From: a virus
Length of the DNA: 64,000 nucleotides
Strand: one strand, 5' to 3'
Virus record (IMG/VR): IMGVR_UViG_3300029448_000009
Coordinates: 21,155 to 85,154 of that record
The notes under the pieces: generated by a model
Seen by the model: only the letters and a program-made list of their open reading frames with translations
The model's database searches: none
Told to the model about the DNA's origin: nothing
Shown here: in pieces, positions 1-9,351 of the stretch
Position numbering within the stretch: position 1 is the first letter of the stretch
Layout of the letters: every line of letters starts with the position of its first letter
Program-made: the position numbers and the translations under genes

Positions 1-1059
1 TACTATTTTATCTTTTAAAGTACGCGTACTTTTTGTTCTAGCTTTTATGTCTATCATCTTTTCTAGATTAAAACCCTTAAACATTAAATAGTCAATTGCA
101 AGTTTAGTATCCATATCAGATTCTGTATGGTCTAAATCTCTTTGCGTGTAACCTTCTTTGGTTACAGGTTTAGAAAGATAATCAAAAAATTTATTTTTTT
201 CTCTTTCTGGGACCGCAAGCCCTTTAAAACTTTGTGATGTATCTATGGTTTCATAAACACCATCCCAAAACTTTTTTTGTTCTTCTTTAGCTTTTATCTG
301 CTCTTGCTTTTGTTGTTCAACAGCATTTTTTCGATAAGTAGCTTGAGAACTAACTAATGCTTTTTGTGCATTAACTGCTTTATTATAAAGTTTACCGTTG
401 TCTTCATAATCTTCTAACAACTCATTAATAAACTCACTATCATGACCTTTAGTTTTAAAATATTCTGCTAAAAAATATTTTTGAACTTGTGTGTCATCTT
501 GAGACATCTTAACTCTAGAGTAATCCGATCTAGGATCATGCATACCCATAAAATCTTGACTTTTACCTCCTGACATTACGTATTCCATGTGATCTTTAAC
601 TAATGGAAACTGTTCAAATAATTTATCTAGATTTTCATCTGCCATTTGAACACCAATGTCTTTTGTTAATTCTACTAAACCTTCAGTAGTATCATCATAT
701 TTGTCATCAACGTCATATCCAAGTTTTGCTAAGACTGCTCCTACAATTGTATCATCTTCTACTCTTTCTGCCTCAACTTCATCAGTCTCTTTTGAAACTT
801 CTGTCTTTTTTGTCTTTTTAGAAACTGGTTTCTTAACCTCTTCATCCTCTTCTTCTTGTTCCTCTTCTTCTTGTTTAGAAGCAGCGTCATCATCAAGATT
901 AGCTTCTGCCAAAATTTGATCACTCTTTTCTTCACCTTCTTCTAGTTTAGGTTCAACTTCTATAGGTTCTGCAGTTTCAACTGCGTCTTCAATACCTTCT
1001 CCTAACATATCGTCAAAAGAAATATCATCTATGTTTATTTTTTTATCATCTGTACTCAT
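1..1059 (-). CDS. crAss-like conserved head protein between portal and major capsid gene (putative scaffolding protein); 3' end is outside the window
   Basis: Not in the ORF track because it runs off the edge. ATG at 1059, open to base 1: MSTDDKKINIDDISFDDMLGEG, then a very acidic N-terminus, then helical LLEDYEDNGKLY...FWDGVYETI...KNKFFDYLSKP. The position downstream of the portal matches crAss-like gene order. Confidence 0.75.
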   Translation of the reverse strand, partial: MSTDDKKINIDDISFDDMLGEGIEDAVETAEPIEVEPKLEEGEEKSDQILAEANLDDDAASKQEEEEQEEEDEEVKKPVSKKTKKTEVSKETDEVEAERVEDDTIVGAVLAKLGYDVDDKYDDTTEGLVELTKDIGVQMADENLDKLFEQFPLVKDHMEYVMSGGKSQDFMGMHDPRSDYSRVKMSQDDTQVQKYFLAEYFKTKGHDSEFINELLEDYEDNGKLYNKAVNAQKALVSSQATYRKNAVEQQKQEQIKAKEEQKKFWDGVYETIDTSQSFKGLAVPEREKNKFFDYLSKPVTKEGYTQRDLDHTESDMDTKLAIDYLMFKGFNLEKMIDIKARTKSTRTLKDKIV

Positions 1060-1081
1060 TGGTTGTCTGTTTTTAGTATTA

Positions 1082-1152
1082 CAAAAATACTTATTATTAA
1101 TTGGTTTTTATTATTAAAAATGTATTTAGAGTGCCTCTTTAATATATAACAC
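1082..1152 (-). promoter_or_regulatory. Putative late promoter: GTGTTATATATTAAAGA upstream element plus Bacteroidota -7 box TATTTTTG
   Basis: TAnnTTTG match at 1089-1082. The upstream motif is shared with the portal promoter at identical spacing. Confidence 0.6.
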
Positions 1153-1617
1153 TTATTTTTTATTAAAAGATTTCATCTTTTCTAAATCCCATTTATACCC
1201 ACCTTCTTTTTTAAGATAGTCTTTAAGATAGTTATCAGCATAGTTATTATCTAACTTATACCCACCATCTTTATATTGTCCAGGATTTTCTAATGTTGTT
1301 TCTACTCTTTCTCCTGTAGGCATGTTTCCTGCTGTCTCTGATCCATAACTTTGTACTAATTGTTGTGACGGAGCAGCATTTTCCTGTTCTATTGTATTTT
1401 GATTATTTAACATTGGGGGCATTGCATCTGGCCCCATCTCTACAGCTGCAGGTGATGATTGTGGTGCATTTTCAGGTTGTATTTCTGGCATGCTTAAATT
1501 AGGATCTTGTTCTGGGTTTGGATCATTAGCTATAAATAACTCTGTAAAAGATCCTTTGTACCCTTCACTGTAAGCTTGTTTCATAAGCTGTATTTTTTCT
1601 TTACTAGTTAGAGGCAT
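1153..1617 (-). CDS. Hypothetical low-complexity protein with YxxGG-type motifs (possible virion cargo)
   Basis: 154-aa ORF overlapping the portal stop. P/Q/E-rich centre, with QYKDGGY and KKEGGY near the C-terminus. Confidence 0.6.
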   Translation of the reverse strand: MPLTSKEKIQLMKQAYSEGYKGSFTELFIANDPNPEQDPNLSMPEIQPENAPQSSPAAVEMGPDAMPPMLNNQNTIEQENAAPSQQLVQSYGSETAGNMPTGERVETTLENPGQYKDGGYKLDNNYADNYLKDYLKKEGGYKWDLEKMKSFNKK

Positions 1618-3937
1618 CTTTTTTAGTTTTTTGAGTTAATGCTTTTTCTTTTAATTTTAAATCTTTATCTTTTCTTTGTCCATCTGCTCTTGCTCCACCC
1701 ATTTTCATTTCCTGCTCAGATTTAATTAATTGTTCTTTTGCTGTATTAGATCTTATTTTTTCTTCGTTAGCTCTTTGTTTAATAGAAAGATCTTTTTCTT
1801 TAAAAGATGCGTTTCTCATTTCTTTATCTAAATTAAATTGGTCAGACATTAATCTAGATTCAGCTGCAATTTTTGCAACTTGAATTTTAACATTTCTATC
1901 TGCTTCTTTATTCATGTTTTCATTTTCTAACTCTTGAGCTTTTAATTGTGCATCTTGTTGTGCTTGTTGAGCCTGTGATTCTTGCTGAGCTTGAGCTAAT
2001 TGTTGTTGAGCTTTTTCTGCATCTCTAATTTTATGTTTTATTTCTGTAAAGCTATCTGCATCTACCATTTCAGCAATAGTAGAAGCTGGCACCCCGTTTT
2101 GTACCATTGATTGTGACAATTGTTTAAGTGTATCTAATTTATCTTGATCTTTACCAGAATCAGAAACAAATATTCCATACTCAGCTTCTAAATGATCCAT
2201 AGCATCTACATCAAAAAATTCTGTAGTACCATCTGACATTACATACATTCCTTTTTTACCTGCAATCCAAGCTTCTTTAGAATAATCTAATAATGCTTGC
2301 ATATCTCTTTGTTCTAATCTAGCAAATTTTCTAAATAGATCTTCTGTAATATGTGATGATTGTACAATAGCTTGTTGCGAAGTTGCTTTACCTTCATACG
2401 CACCTACCTGTCCTTGCCTTTGTCTATTTACACCAGATACTTTTTCCCATTCTAACATTATAGATTCTAGTAATTGTATATACTGTGCAATAGTTTTAAT
2501 AGACATATCAAGCACAGATTGATGTTGTGGAGATAATTGTATTCCTTCTTTATTGTAATCTACCCACGCAATACCTGTACCTTCTACATAATACATAAAC
2601 TTATCTAAGTCCCATTTCTTTGGAATCATGTTAATATCAAATTGTGCAATAATATCTTTTGATTTTGCAATTGATAATTCTAGTCTGTATTTGTAGATGT
2701 TATAATTTAATTGATATGGAATACCTAGTGATACTAAAGAAATATTTTTAGCATTAAGATCAGAATACTTTCTACCATTTATTGGGAGCTTACATTTAGA
2801 TGGGTTATCCATTGATGTTCTTTGATTTTCTACAGGTTGCATATTTACATACAATCTACCATCAATTCTAGTTCCTTCCCAAACTTCATTTACCCATTCA
2901 TACTCTACTTTAGATCCTGTATCTTTCATTTCTTTAGGCATTCTGTAAGTTTCATCAACTTGCATTTCTTCTAAAGTCCCAGTTTCTGGATCAATGTAAC
3001 TTAAAAATCCTATTCTTTTTCTACTCTTCCAATATACAGATACAACTTCAATTAATCTTTCTCTGTACATTTCTCTATCATCTGCTCTTGAACTAACTGT
3101 TAAGTATGAATCCATACTTGCATTTTCAGGTTCTTCTAAAGATAATATCTCTTCGTCATTTAAATAATCTCTGTAATAATCTATTATTGTAGATGCATGT
3201 ACATATTTTCTAACTAAAGCCCAATCCCCATCTTCTACAAAATCAAGATCTGGATCTTTATCATAATCTATATCTAAAGGATTTAATATATCATAAAATG
3301 GTTCATTATTACGAACCCCTCTCCAAGTATATACTTCTCCAGATATTAAATAATGAAACCAAGCTTTTTGAAACTTATCATAAATTTCTTGGTCTTGCAT
3401 TATAAAATTTAAAGATTGTTGTCCTTTTAAAGCCCTGTTATCTACATATGTTTTATCAAACATAGCTGCAATTTCAGCTGGAGCTTGCACTTCTTCGCTA
3501 GGAGATCCTGTTTCAATTCCCTGCTCATTTAATACATTGACAAATTGTTGTTGTAGATTTTTTACAATTAATTCTTGCTTTGCTTTTTCTTTTTGAGTAA
3601 CAGCATCAGCATTTTGTACGGTAACGGTGTAATTAAGGGGTCTTTTAGACTTTTCACCTAAAAGCAGATCGATTATAGGCTTAATAATAGGATAGTTACG
3701 CATTTTAGAGGGGAAATTATCCCTAGTTTTACCGTAGGGTTTTAACACGTATCTGTAATCTGCATCATCAATTACACCGTTGTAATAGTCATATAGGCTC
3801 TTTAGCCAGTCACGCCTTTCGCTATAACCAGCTGTGGAAAGATCTATGTATGCCTCTACGCATGCTTCTCTCCATTTTTTATCTTTCTTTTTTATAGATA
3901 ATTTTTGTTGTGGAATCTTATTAGAACCTAAATACAT
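1604..3937 (-). CDS. Portal protein (crAss-like)
   Basis: 777 aa directly downstream of TerL. Motifs KKKDKKW, NYPIIKPIIDLLLGE, YEWVNEVWEGTRI, CKLPING and SGVNRQRQG, plus a C-terminal coiled coil typical of crAss-like portals. Confidence 0.9.
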   Translation of the reverse strand: MYLGSNKIPQQKLSIKKKDKKWREACVEAYIDLSTAGYSERRDWLKSLYDYYNGVIDDADYRYVLKPYGKTRDNFPSKMRNYPIIKPIIDLLLGEKSKRPLNYTVTVQNADAVTQKEKAKQELIVKNLQQQFVNVLNEQGIETGSPSEEVQAPAEIAAMFDKTYVDNRALKGQQSLNFIMQDQEIYDKFQKAWFHYLISGEVYTWRGVRNNEPFYDILNPLDIDYDKDPDLDFVEDGDWALVRKYVHASTIIDYYRDYLNDEEILSLEEPENASMDSYLTVSSRADDREMYRERLIEVVSVYWKSRKRIGFLSYIDPETGTLEEMQVDETYRMPKEMKDTGSKVEYEWVNEVWEGTRIDGRLYVNMQPVENQRTSMDNPSKCKLPINGRKYSDLNAKNISLVSLGIPYQLNYNIYKYRLELSIAKSKDIIAQFDINMIPKKWDLDKFMYYVEGTGIAWVDYNKEGIQLSPQHQSVLDMSIKTIAQYIQLLESIMLEWEKVSGVNRQRQGQVGAYEGKATSQQAIVQSSHITEDLFRKFARLEQRDMQALLDYSKEAWIAGKKGMYVMSDGTTEFFDVDAMDHLEAEYGIFVSDSGKDQDKLDTLKQLSQSMVQNGVPASTIAEMVDADSFTEIKHKIRDAEKAQQQLAQAQQESQAQQAQQDAQLKAQELENENMNKEADRNVKIQVAKIAAESRLMSDQFNLDKEMRNASFKEKDLSIKQRANEEKIRSNTAKEQLIKSEQEMKMGGARADGQRKDKDLKLKEKALTQKTKKDASN

Positions 3938-3960
3938 ATACTATACTATTAACCTATCCA

Positions 3961-4031
3961 CAAAAATAAGTAAAATTAAACACTTTTTCTATATCTATAA
4001 ACATTTTTTAGTTTTCTTTATAATATAACAC
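3961..4031 (-). promoter_or_regulatory. Putative late promoter: GTGTTATATTATAAAGA upstream element plus -7 box TATTTTTG
   Basis: TAnnTTTG at 3968-3961, upstream of the portal ATG. Same architecture as 1082-1152. Confidence 0.6.
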
Positions 4032-5995
4032 TAATAACGATTGTTATCAAACCATTCTGCAGATGCATTGTCTTCTAATATCTCTTTAACCTCAGAATTA
4101 TACATTTCTCTGGTGTGGTACATCCCAACCATTAACGACATAGCACGGTCAAAATTGCCTTTATGATTAAATTTAATTAGCTCTTGTAATAATGCTAAAT
4201 CATATATTTTATGCATGTTTAATACTTGTGTCCCATCTTCATTTGTAGATCTAGTGGTATTTAACCAATCTCTTATATATATTTCACCTTGTCTTTTTCT
4301 AGCTTCTGTCATATGCATCCCATACTGACGTTTTACTTTTTTAGATCTTAAGTCTTTTTTATCTAACATCTCAAACTCTTCTTGTAGTCTATGTAGCTTT
4401 CTATGTCTACGTGCATATGCAATTACTTCACCACGATCATTCTCAAATCCTATTCTAGCATTATAATAATCTGCTAACATAAATAAATTTTTATTAAACT
4501 CGTCTTGTGAATGTGGACGTGCTACATAACTAGCAACTATCATATCATCTGGAGATGATATATTATTTACACGCTTTATAACATATGCAGATCCTAAAGA
4601 TGATGAATCTGCAGATTGAGATTGAGCATAAGGATCATGACAAATAATATACATGTTTACAGGAACCTGTTGATCTATTGTTTTGTATGGGGGTTCGTAT
4701 ATAGTTACACATCCCTCTAAATTATCTTCTTTTCTATGTGGAAATCTAAGTATAGGTCTTGCATCTCCATCTAACTTAAATTTAATTTCCCCATTATAGG
4801 CATAATATAAAGATCCATTATTACCCATAGCATGTAGATTATTTACTTTAACATTATTGTATTGTTCTTGCAAAGATGCAATATCAAATAAGTTAGATGA
4901 TATTTGTAAAGTAGCTTCTCGTGGATTTAACGGGTGCTCTGCTATATATTGATCATAAGCTTTTGGATCATTTGTACCTTTTTTCTTATTTCTATTTTCT
5001 TCTTCAAATTCAACTGCTTCATGCTTTATACTGTTACCATCTTTATCAATAAACCCTTCTAAGTTTTCATATATAGGAATAAAGTAACCACATTGTGTAC
5101 CTCCACCTCCAGCATCCCAAACATTATCAAATGCTAAGCAATCATATGATTCTGGGTTATAAAATAACTCCTCCATTCCTGCAAAGTCTGAACCTTCTGT
5201 ACCACCTGTCCCAAATGCTACCATAGTTCCTAAAGTTTTAGATCCTTGACGCATAGTTGGCATAGTAACTTCCCAAGCTTTTAATAATCCTGGAAAACTA
5301 CCTGCCTCTTCAAAGAATATAAGCTCTCCAGCTTTACCCCTCACTTTATCAGGAGCGTCTTTCAGCGATACGCCCATTATTTGGCTTTTCATTCCTAACT
5401 CTACGTCCGCTCCGTTTACATTTTTCTTATATCCAGACACTTTAATCATTTCCCTATCTCTTAATCTAGGTTGTGTCCATGCTGTATTGTTATCTACAAA
5501 AGATAATATATCCCAAGCTTTTGATAATAATCCATCCCCAATTAAATATTCTTTTTGACTGGCGAATACAAAATTTTTACTATTTCTTATATGAAAATAG
5601 TTTCTAGCAAGCATAGCAGCAGCTTTGTAAGAATATCCCTTACGTCTAGCTTTTAAAACAATCATATGTTTGTTTTCTTTTCTTGCTCGATCTATAGAAT
5701 TAAAATATTTCCAGTCACCATCGTAGAATGCTGGAAATGTTCTTTCTCTTCTTGCTATAATTGTACCATCTGGGAGTTCCTCATCAACAGATCTGTCAAT
5801 AGGACAATAATTTAAATAAAAATAATGATTTCCTGTAATAGATAAATTACCGTAGCTATAACCATACAAACACCTATGCCTTTCTTCGTCCCAAAACTCA
5901 TAATAATCTTTAGTGCCAGGAATAGCAAAAGTATAAGTCCCATTTTTAATAAAACTTAAAGCTGCAGGTCTAAGTTTGTCTGTGTTTTTAAGCAT
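4031..5995 (-). CDS. terL: Terminase large subunit
   Basis: 654 aa. Walker A-like LKARRKGYSY, Walker B FFEEAG, motif GTGG, and a C-terminal nuclease region HDPY...ENDRG...GNFDR. Adjacent to the portal. Confidence 0.92.
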   Translation of the reverse strand: MLKNTDKLRPAALSFIKNGTYTFAIPGTKDYYEFWDEERHRCLYGYSYGNLSITGNHYFYLNYCPIDRSVDEELPDGTIIARRERTFPAFYDGDWKYFNSIDRARKENKHMIVLKARRKGYSYKAAAMLARNYFHIRNSKNFVFASQKEYLIGDGLLSKAWDILSFVDNNTAWTQPRLRDREMIKVSGYKKNVNGADVELGMKSQIMGVSLKDAPDKVRGKAGELIFFEEAGSFPGLLKAWEVTMPTMRQGSKTLGTMVAFGTGGTEGSDFAGMEELFYNPESYDCLAFDNVWDAGGGGTQCGYFIPIYENLEGFIDKDGNSIKHEAVEFEEENRNKKKGTNDPKAYDQYIAEHPLNPREATLQISSNLFDIASLQEQYNNVKVNNLHAMGNNGSLYYAYNGEIKFKLDGDARPILRFPHRKEDNLEGCVTIYEPPYKTIDQQVPVNMYIICHDPYAQSQSADSSSLGSAYVIKRVNNISSPDDMIVASYVARPHSQDEFNKNLFMLADYYNARIGFENDRGEVIAYARRHRKLHRLQEEFEMLDKKDLRSKKVKRQYGMHMTEARKRQGEIYIRDWLNTTRSTNEDGTQVLNMHKIYDLALLQELIKFNHKGNFDRAMSLMVGMYHTREMYNSEVKEILEDNASAEWFDNNRY

Positions 5996-6270
5996 TTAGA
6001 TTTTAGTTTATTTAATTCTGCACATTTTTCGTACTGTTCTAACTCTTCAAAATGACTAATTAATAATTCTAATGTACCCCCATCCCTACCATCACTGGAT
6101 ATAGGATCAAAAGGTAAAAAGAATTCTGTATAATCATCATTTTCTAACTCTAAATAAATATCATCTAATGTTTTTCTTTTTGTAACAATTAAAAAAGCAT
6201 TGTCCATTGATTTATTGTAATCCTCTAAATCTTCTAGGAACTTCATCTGACTATCGTTTTCCTCCATCAT
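5956..6270 (-). CDS. Hypothetical protein with C-terminal UVR (UvrB/UvrC-type) coiled-coil motif
   Basis: LISHFEELEQYEKCAELNK resembles the UVR motif E-x-YE-x-A-A-x-L. The start is probably 6270 or 6267. Confidence 0.55.
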   Translation of the reverse strand: MMEENDSQMKFLEDLEDYNKSMDNAFLIVTKRKTLDDIYLELENDDYTEFFLPFDPISSDGRDGGTLELLISHFEELEQYEKCAELNKLKSKCLKTQTNLDLQL

Positions 6271-6622
6271 ACTCCACTGCATAGCCTTCCTCTATTAATT
6301 GATCATTCACACAAACTTTAGTTATAGTTTCTCTTCCAGAAAGTTTACTAATGTGTAATTTTCCTAAAACCCTGCCGTATTTTCCTATGTCTTGAGATTC
6401 TAATTCAAATTCATTAGCAGATCCTTCTAACATTTCTTTTAGTCTAGCTTTAGAAGCTAATCCCATCTTTTTTTCTGCTAAGTTTCTTGTTCTAGATTCT
6501 GGTGCATTAATACCAGACAATCTAATTCTTTTTTTGATCTTAATGTCAAATCCTAAATCTATTTCAGCGTCTATAGTATCACCATCAACTATTTTAACAA
6601 CTGTTGCGTTATATGTATACAT
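6251..6622 (-). CDS. Thermonuclease (staphylococcal nuclease family)
   Basis: VVKIVDGDT...RIRLSGINAPE...GKYGRVLG...NDQLIEEGYA are SNase family motifs. Likely start is MYTYNA at 6622. Confidence 0.85.
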   Translation of the reverse strand: MYTYNATVVKIVDGDTIDAEIDLGFDIKIKKRIRLSGINAPESRTRNLAEKKMGLASKARLKEMLEGSANEFELESQDIGKYGRVLGKLHISKLSGRETITKVCVNDQLIEEGYAVEYDGGKR

Positions 6623-6632
6623 TTTTTTCTTT

Positions 6633-6797
6633 TTATTTCCACAATTCAAACCCGCAATTAAGAATCATAATTCTATGTTCTTTAATATCAAAGTTTAAAT
6701 AAATTTCTAAGACGGTTAAAAAACCTAACCTTATTGTGAATTCAAAGATACTACTTTTTTTACGACTTTTCCAAGAGTTTATCCAATCTATTTTCAT
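6633..6797 (-). CDS. Small hypothetical protein (54 aa)
   Basis: Below the ORF-track cutoff: MKIDWINSWKSRKKSSIFEFTIRLGFLTVLEIYLNFDIKEHRIMILNCGFELWK. Its ATG overlaps the upstream stop and it fills the gap. Confidence 0.6.
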   Translation of the reverse strand: MKIDWINSWKSRKKSSIFEFTIRLGFLTVLEIYLNFDIKEHRIMILNCGFELWK

Positions 6798-7300
6798 TAC
6801 TGACTATATTTATTTGTTATTACGCCTCCTCTATTTTGATTTGCAGCTTGTTCTTCTTTCTTAACTAATTCTTCTAATTTAGATAAGCCAGACACTACAT
6901 CACCCATCTTAGATAGGTTAGCAACTAGATCTTTAGCTGTAAAAATAGGTTTACCATTATCATCCATTAAAGTTAAATCTATATCTCTAAAATATTGTTC
7001 TAATTTAGTTACAGATAATCTTGCAGATTTTAATAGCTTAACAGCAGAGGTTTCTGCTAATTCTTTATACTTGTCACAAGCAGCATTTATTTTACTGCTT
7101 ATTTTATGTTCTGTTTTAAAAATACTTTTTATTACTTCTTCCTTTCTTTTTTCTTCATCATAAACACAAAATGGGGAATTATGATCGCACATAAAATATA
7201 CATACGATAATTCTAAAATTGACAAACTTTTAAATTCTAAAATTGTCAATGCATACGCAGAAGGTATTACATTATTATTATCTATCGTTAGTAGATCCAT
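6797..7300 (-). CDS. Conserved crAss-like protein, putative terminase small subunit
   Basis: 167-aa helical protein (ELSYVYFMCDHNSPF, AACDKYKEL, DDNGKPIF, C-terminal RGG) upstream of TerL, the usual position in crAss-like genomes. The function is inferred. Confidence 0.5.
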   Translation of the reverse strand: MDLLTIDNNNVIPSAYALTILEFKSLSILELSYVYFMCDHNSPFCVYDEEKRKEEVIKSIFKTEHKISSKINAACDKYKELAETSAVKLLKSARLSVTKLEQYFRDIDLTLMDDNGKPIFTAKDLVANLSKMGDVVSGLSKLEELVKKEEQAANQNRGGVITNKYSQ

Positions 7301-7502
7301 TTTTTGTTAAGTATTTTAATCGATTTTTATTTACATGAAATTTACCAAAGTATGGTAATCTAATAGTTTTAAATTTACCTTCATTTATTATATTAGATAC
7401 AAATTTAAATTGATGCATTACAATATTTTCTATTGTTTGCAATGGAAGATTATATTTATTTGCTAGTTTTTGAATTATTATCTTCTGGGTTTTCTGCATC
7501 AT
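7278..7502 (-). CDS. HU/IHF-like DNA-binding protein
   Basis: IIQKLANKYNL...IENIV...EGKFKTIRLPYFGKFHV matches the HU/IHF helical body and the l.gFGkF strand. Confidence 0.7.
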   Translation of the reverse strand: MMQKTQKIIIQKLANKYNLPLQTIENIVMHQFKFVSNIINEGKFKTIRLPYFGKFHVNKNRLKYLTKNGSTNDR

Positions 7503-7959
7503 TTATTTTTTTATATGTTACTTTTAAATTATTAGAAGTTAAATCTTTTGCTTTTAAATTACCAAAGCCTCTTTTTTCATTAACTAGTTTAGCTGCTTTT
7601 ATAGCTCTTTTTTTATCTAATATTTCTTGTTTTCTTTTTTCTTTTTCTTCCTGCTCATCAAAATTCTTTTTTAATTCTAACGCAGCTTTATCCATAAATA
7701 CAGGTTTCCATCTTTCTGGTTTATCAGGACAAGTTGTTGTTTTCCATTTAGCTTTATGTTCTAATAAACAACCACACAACCCACATCTCATACTACTTTT
7801 AATTAAATGTGGACATGTATTACAAGTCTCTAATCTTTCTATATATACTTTATTAGAAACATTTGGGGCACCTTCTTTAATATACTTTGTTAGTTCTCCT
7901 GCAAATGTTTTTGCCATTTGAAAAATACTAGGCGGCTTTGGTTCTTCTTTTTTACTCAT
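7456..7959 (-). CDS. Cys-rich Zn-binding protein (DUF6171-like)
   Basis: ERLETCNTCPHL...RCGLCGCLLEHKAKW...CP...W pattern, followed by a charged coiled coil. Confidence 0.6.
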   Translation of the reverse strand: MSKKEEPKPPSIFQMAKTFAGELTKYIKEGAPNVSNKVYIERLETCNTCPHLIKSSMRCGLCGCLLEHKAKWKTTTCPDKPERWKPVFMDKAALELKKNFDEQEEKEKRKQEILDKKRAIKAAKLVNEKRGFGNLKAKDLTSNNLKVTYKKINDAENPEDNNSKTSK

Positions 7960-8054
7960 ATTGATCTACTTCTATTTTTAATAACTTACCATGTTTATCC
8001 TGCATAATTATAATTACATAAGGATAACATTGATATTCCATTATAACATAATTT

Positions 8055-8372
8055 TTATACAATATTGATTTCAATTTTTTTAATTTGAGGATTTAACATT
8101 TTATTAACTGCATACGATCCTTTATTAAATGTTAAAGCTCCTTTATCTTTTAATTTTTTAATATAATTATTTAAATCATTAGGGTCTTCAAATTGTAGTA
8201 ATTTAGCTACATCATCTTTATTTTTCTTACTACATAAATTTTTTCTTTTAGCTGTTATATTTACTTTTATAAAAGCTGATACAACTTCTAACTCTTTATT
8301 TGTAAGATCAAATATCCCATTCCATATTTGCAATCTTTTATATATACTATTTGCTTTTATCTTTACTTTCAT
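8055..8372 (-). CDS. Hypothetical protein, possible winged-helix DNA-binding protein
   Basis: 105 aa, basic: LTNKELEV...VAKLL...LNNYIKKLKDKGAL...YAVN. Confidence 0.5.
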   Translation of the reverse strand: MKVKIKANSIYKRLQIWNGIFDLTNKELEVVSAFIKVNITAKRKNLCSKKNKDDVAKLLQFEDPNDLNNYIKKLKDKGALTFNKGSYAVNKMLNPQIKKIEINIV

Positions 8373-8535
8373 CTATTGTTAAATATATTATATATTCATT
8401 TTTTCCTATAGAACATTCTAAGTCCCATGTATTAGATATATTCTCACTCCCCCATTCATGTAAACTTTCATTAAAATCTCTTAGTGTATACATAAACTCT
8501 TCAAAATTAGTTATTCTAAATTCTGTTTTTTTCAT
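8347..8535 (-). CDS. Hypothetical protein
   Basis: 62-aa ORF in the tightly packed minus-strand operon. Confidence 0.5.
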   Translation of the reverse strand: MKKTEFRITNFEEFMYTLRDFNESLHEWGSENISNTWDLECSIGKNEYIIYLTIDESKDKSK

Positions 8536-8767
8536 CCTTCTTTTGAATTACCGCTTTCCCATTTTGTATTACAATTTTAGATCTTTTAGATTGTCTATTA
8601 AATTCATCAATATGGGTATTTATATCTTTTCTACTACAAATAAAAGATAAAAATACTTGTAATTCTTTTATACTATAAGCAGTGTTATCCTTTAATGTAT
8701 CTAAATTAGTTTTTGATTCTACCAATTTGTGATAATCTTTTAAGCTAATAGTAACAGTCCCTGTCAT
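8516..8767 (-). CDS. Hypothetical protein
   Basis: 83-aa ORF (MTGTVTISLKDY) starting right after the GroES stop. Confidence 0.6.
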   Translation of the reverse strand: MTGTVTISLKDYHKLVESKTNLDTLKDNTAYSIKELQVFLSFICSRKDINTHIDEFNRQSKRSKIVIQNGKAVIQKKDEKNRI

Positions 8768-8768
8768 T

Positions 8769-9044
8769 TTATAGTTTACCTAAAATATTGTATTCTGGGA
8801 CAATAATAAACTCTCCCTCATCTAAATGTAAGACACGAGCTTCTACTGTTGGATCTACCATTACAGTTTCTCCTACCTCACAAAATTTACATTCAGGACC
8901 TTTAGCTACTACTTTTAATATATTCGTAGTTATAGCTCCTGCTGTTTTTGAGTCTAAAATAATTCCTGATTCTGTTACCTTCTTTGCTGGATTTGGGAGT
9001 AATAACCACTGACCATAAGGTTGAAATGTTGTTTTCTTTGCCAT
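8769..9044 (-). CDS. groES: Co-chaperonin GroES (Cpn10) homolog
   Basis: FQPYGQWLLL...TESGIIL...KVVAKGP...VGETVMV...GEFIIVPEYNILGK matches the Cpn10 pattern. Confidence 0.85.
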   Translation of the reverse strand: MAKKTTFQPYGQWLLLPNPAKKVTESGIILDSKTAGAITTNILKVVAKGPECKFCEVGETVMVDPTVEARVLHLDEGEFIIVPEYNILGKL

Positions 9045-9066
9045 TTTATTATAAATTAGTTCTTTG

Positions 9067-9099
9067 CAAATATATAATAAAAATAATTATAAAAACAAA
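9067..9099 (-). promoter_or_regulatory. Bacteroidota housekeeping-type promoter driving the GroES-terminase operon
   Basis: Minus strand TTTG-N21-TATATTTG matches the -33 TTTG / -7 TAnnTTTG consensus, about 20 nt upstream of the groES ATG. Confidence 0.7.
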
Positions 9100-9119
9100 T
9101 TATAAATGAAGTTTTTCAT

Positions 9120-9350
9120 TTTTGGATATACCTCTCCCCTTAGAGATTAGTTTAATTTTGAATTTCTACTTACCGTTTTTAGCCTTCGTAGGTACATTTC
9201 TATCAGCCTATAGTATTACTCCTACCTAAGTTTTATATCAAAACAATTTTTGGAATTATCGGGGACAACCGTGACTAATAAATTAGTTCGTAAACCCAAC
9301 TTCTGACCCTATAACTACTTTCGCCCTCTAGGGTGATCTATGATTCCAGT
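9120..9350. ncRNA. Candidate structured non-coding RNA (or structured ssDNA element)
   Basis: ORF-free, locally GC-richer, with nested helices: TGGAATTA/TGATTCCA, TCGCCC/GGGTGA, ACTAA/TTAGT, GGGACA/TGACCC, TAGGTA/TACCTA, GTTTT/AAAAC, CTCT/AGAG. A promoter-like motif lies immediately to its right on the minus strand. No family recognised. Confidence 0.4.
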
Positions 9351-9351
9351 A

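Noticed and set aside
3954-3962. CTATCCACA, one mismatch from a DnaA box, at the portal promoter
   Set aside because: A single imperfect 9-mer is expected by chance in 64 kb of AT-rich DNA.
7952-8041. Possible 29-aa minus-strand ORF (MEYQCYPYVIII...)
   Set aside because: It fits the gap but is too short, with no motif or other support.
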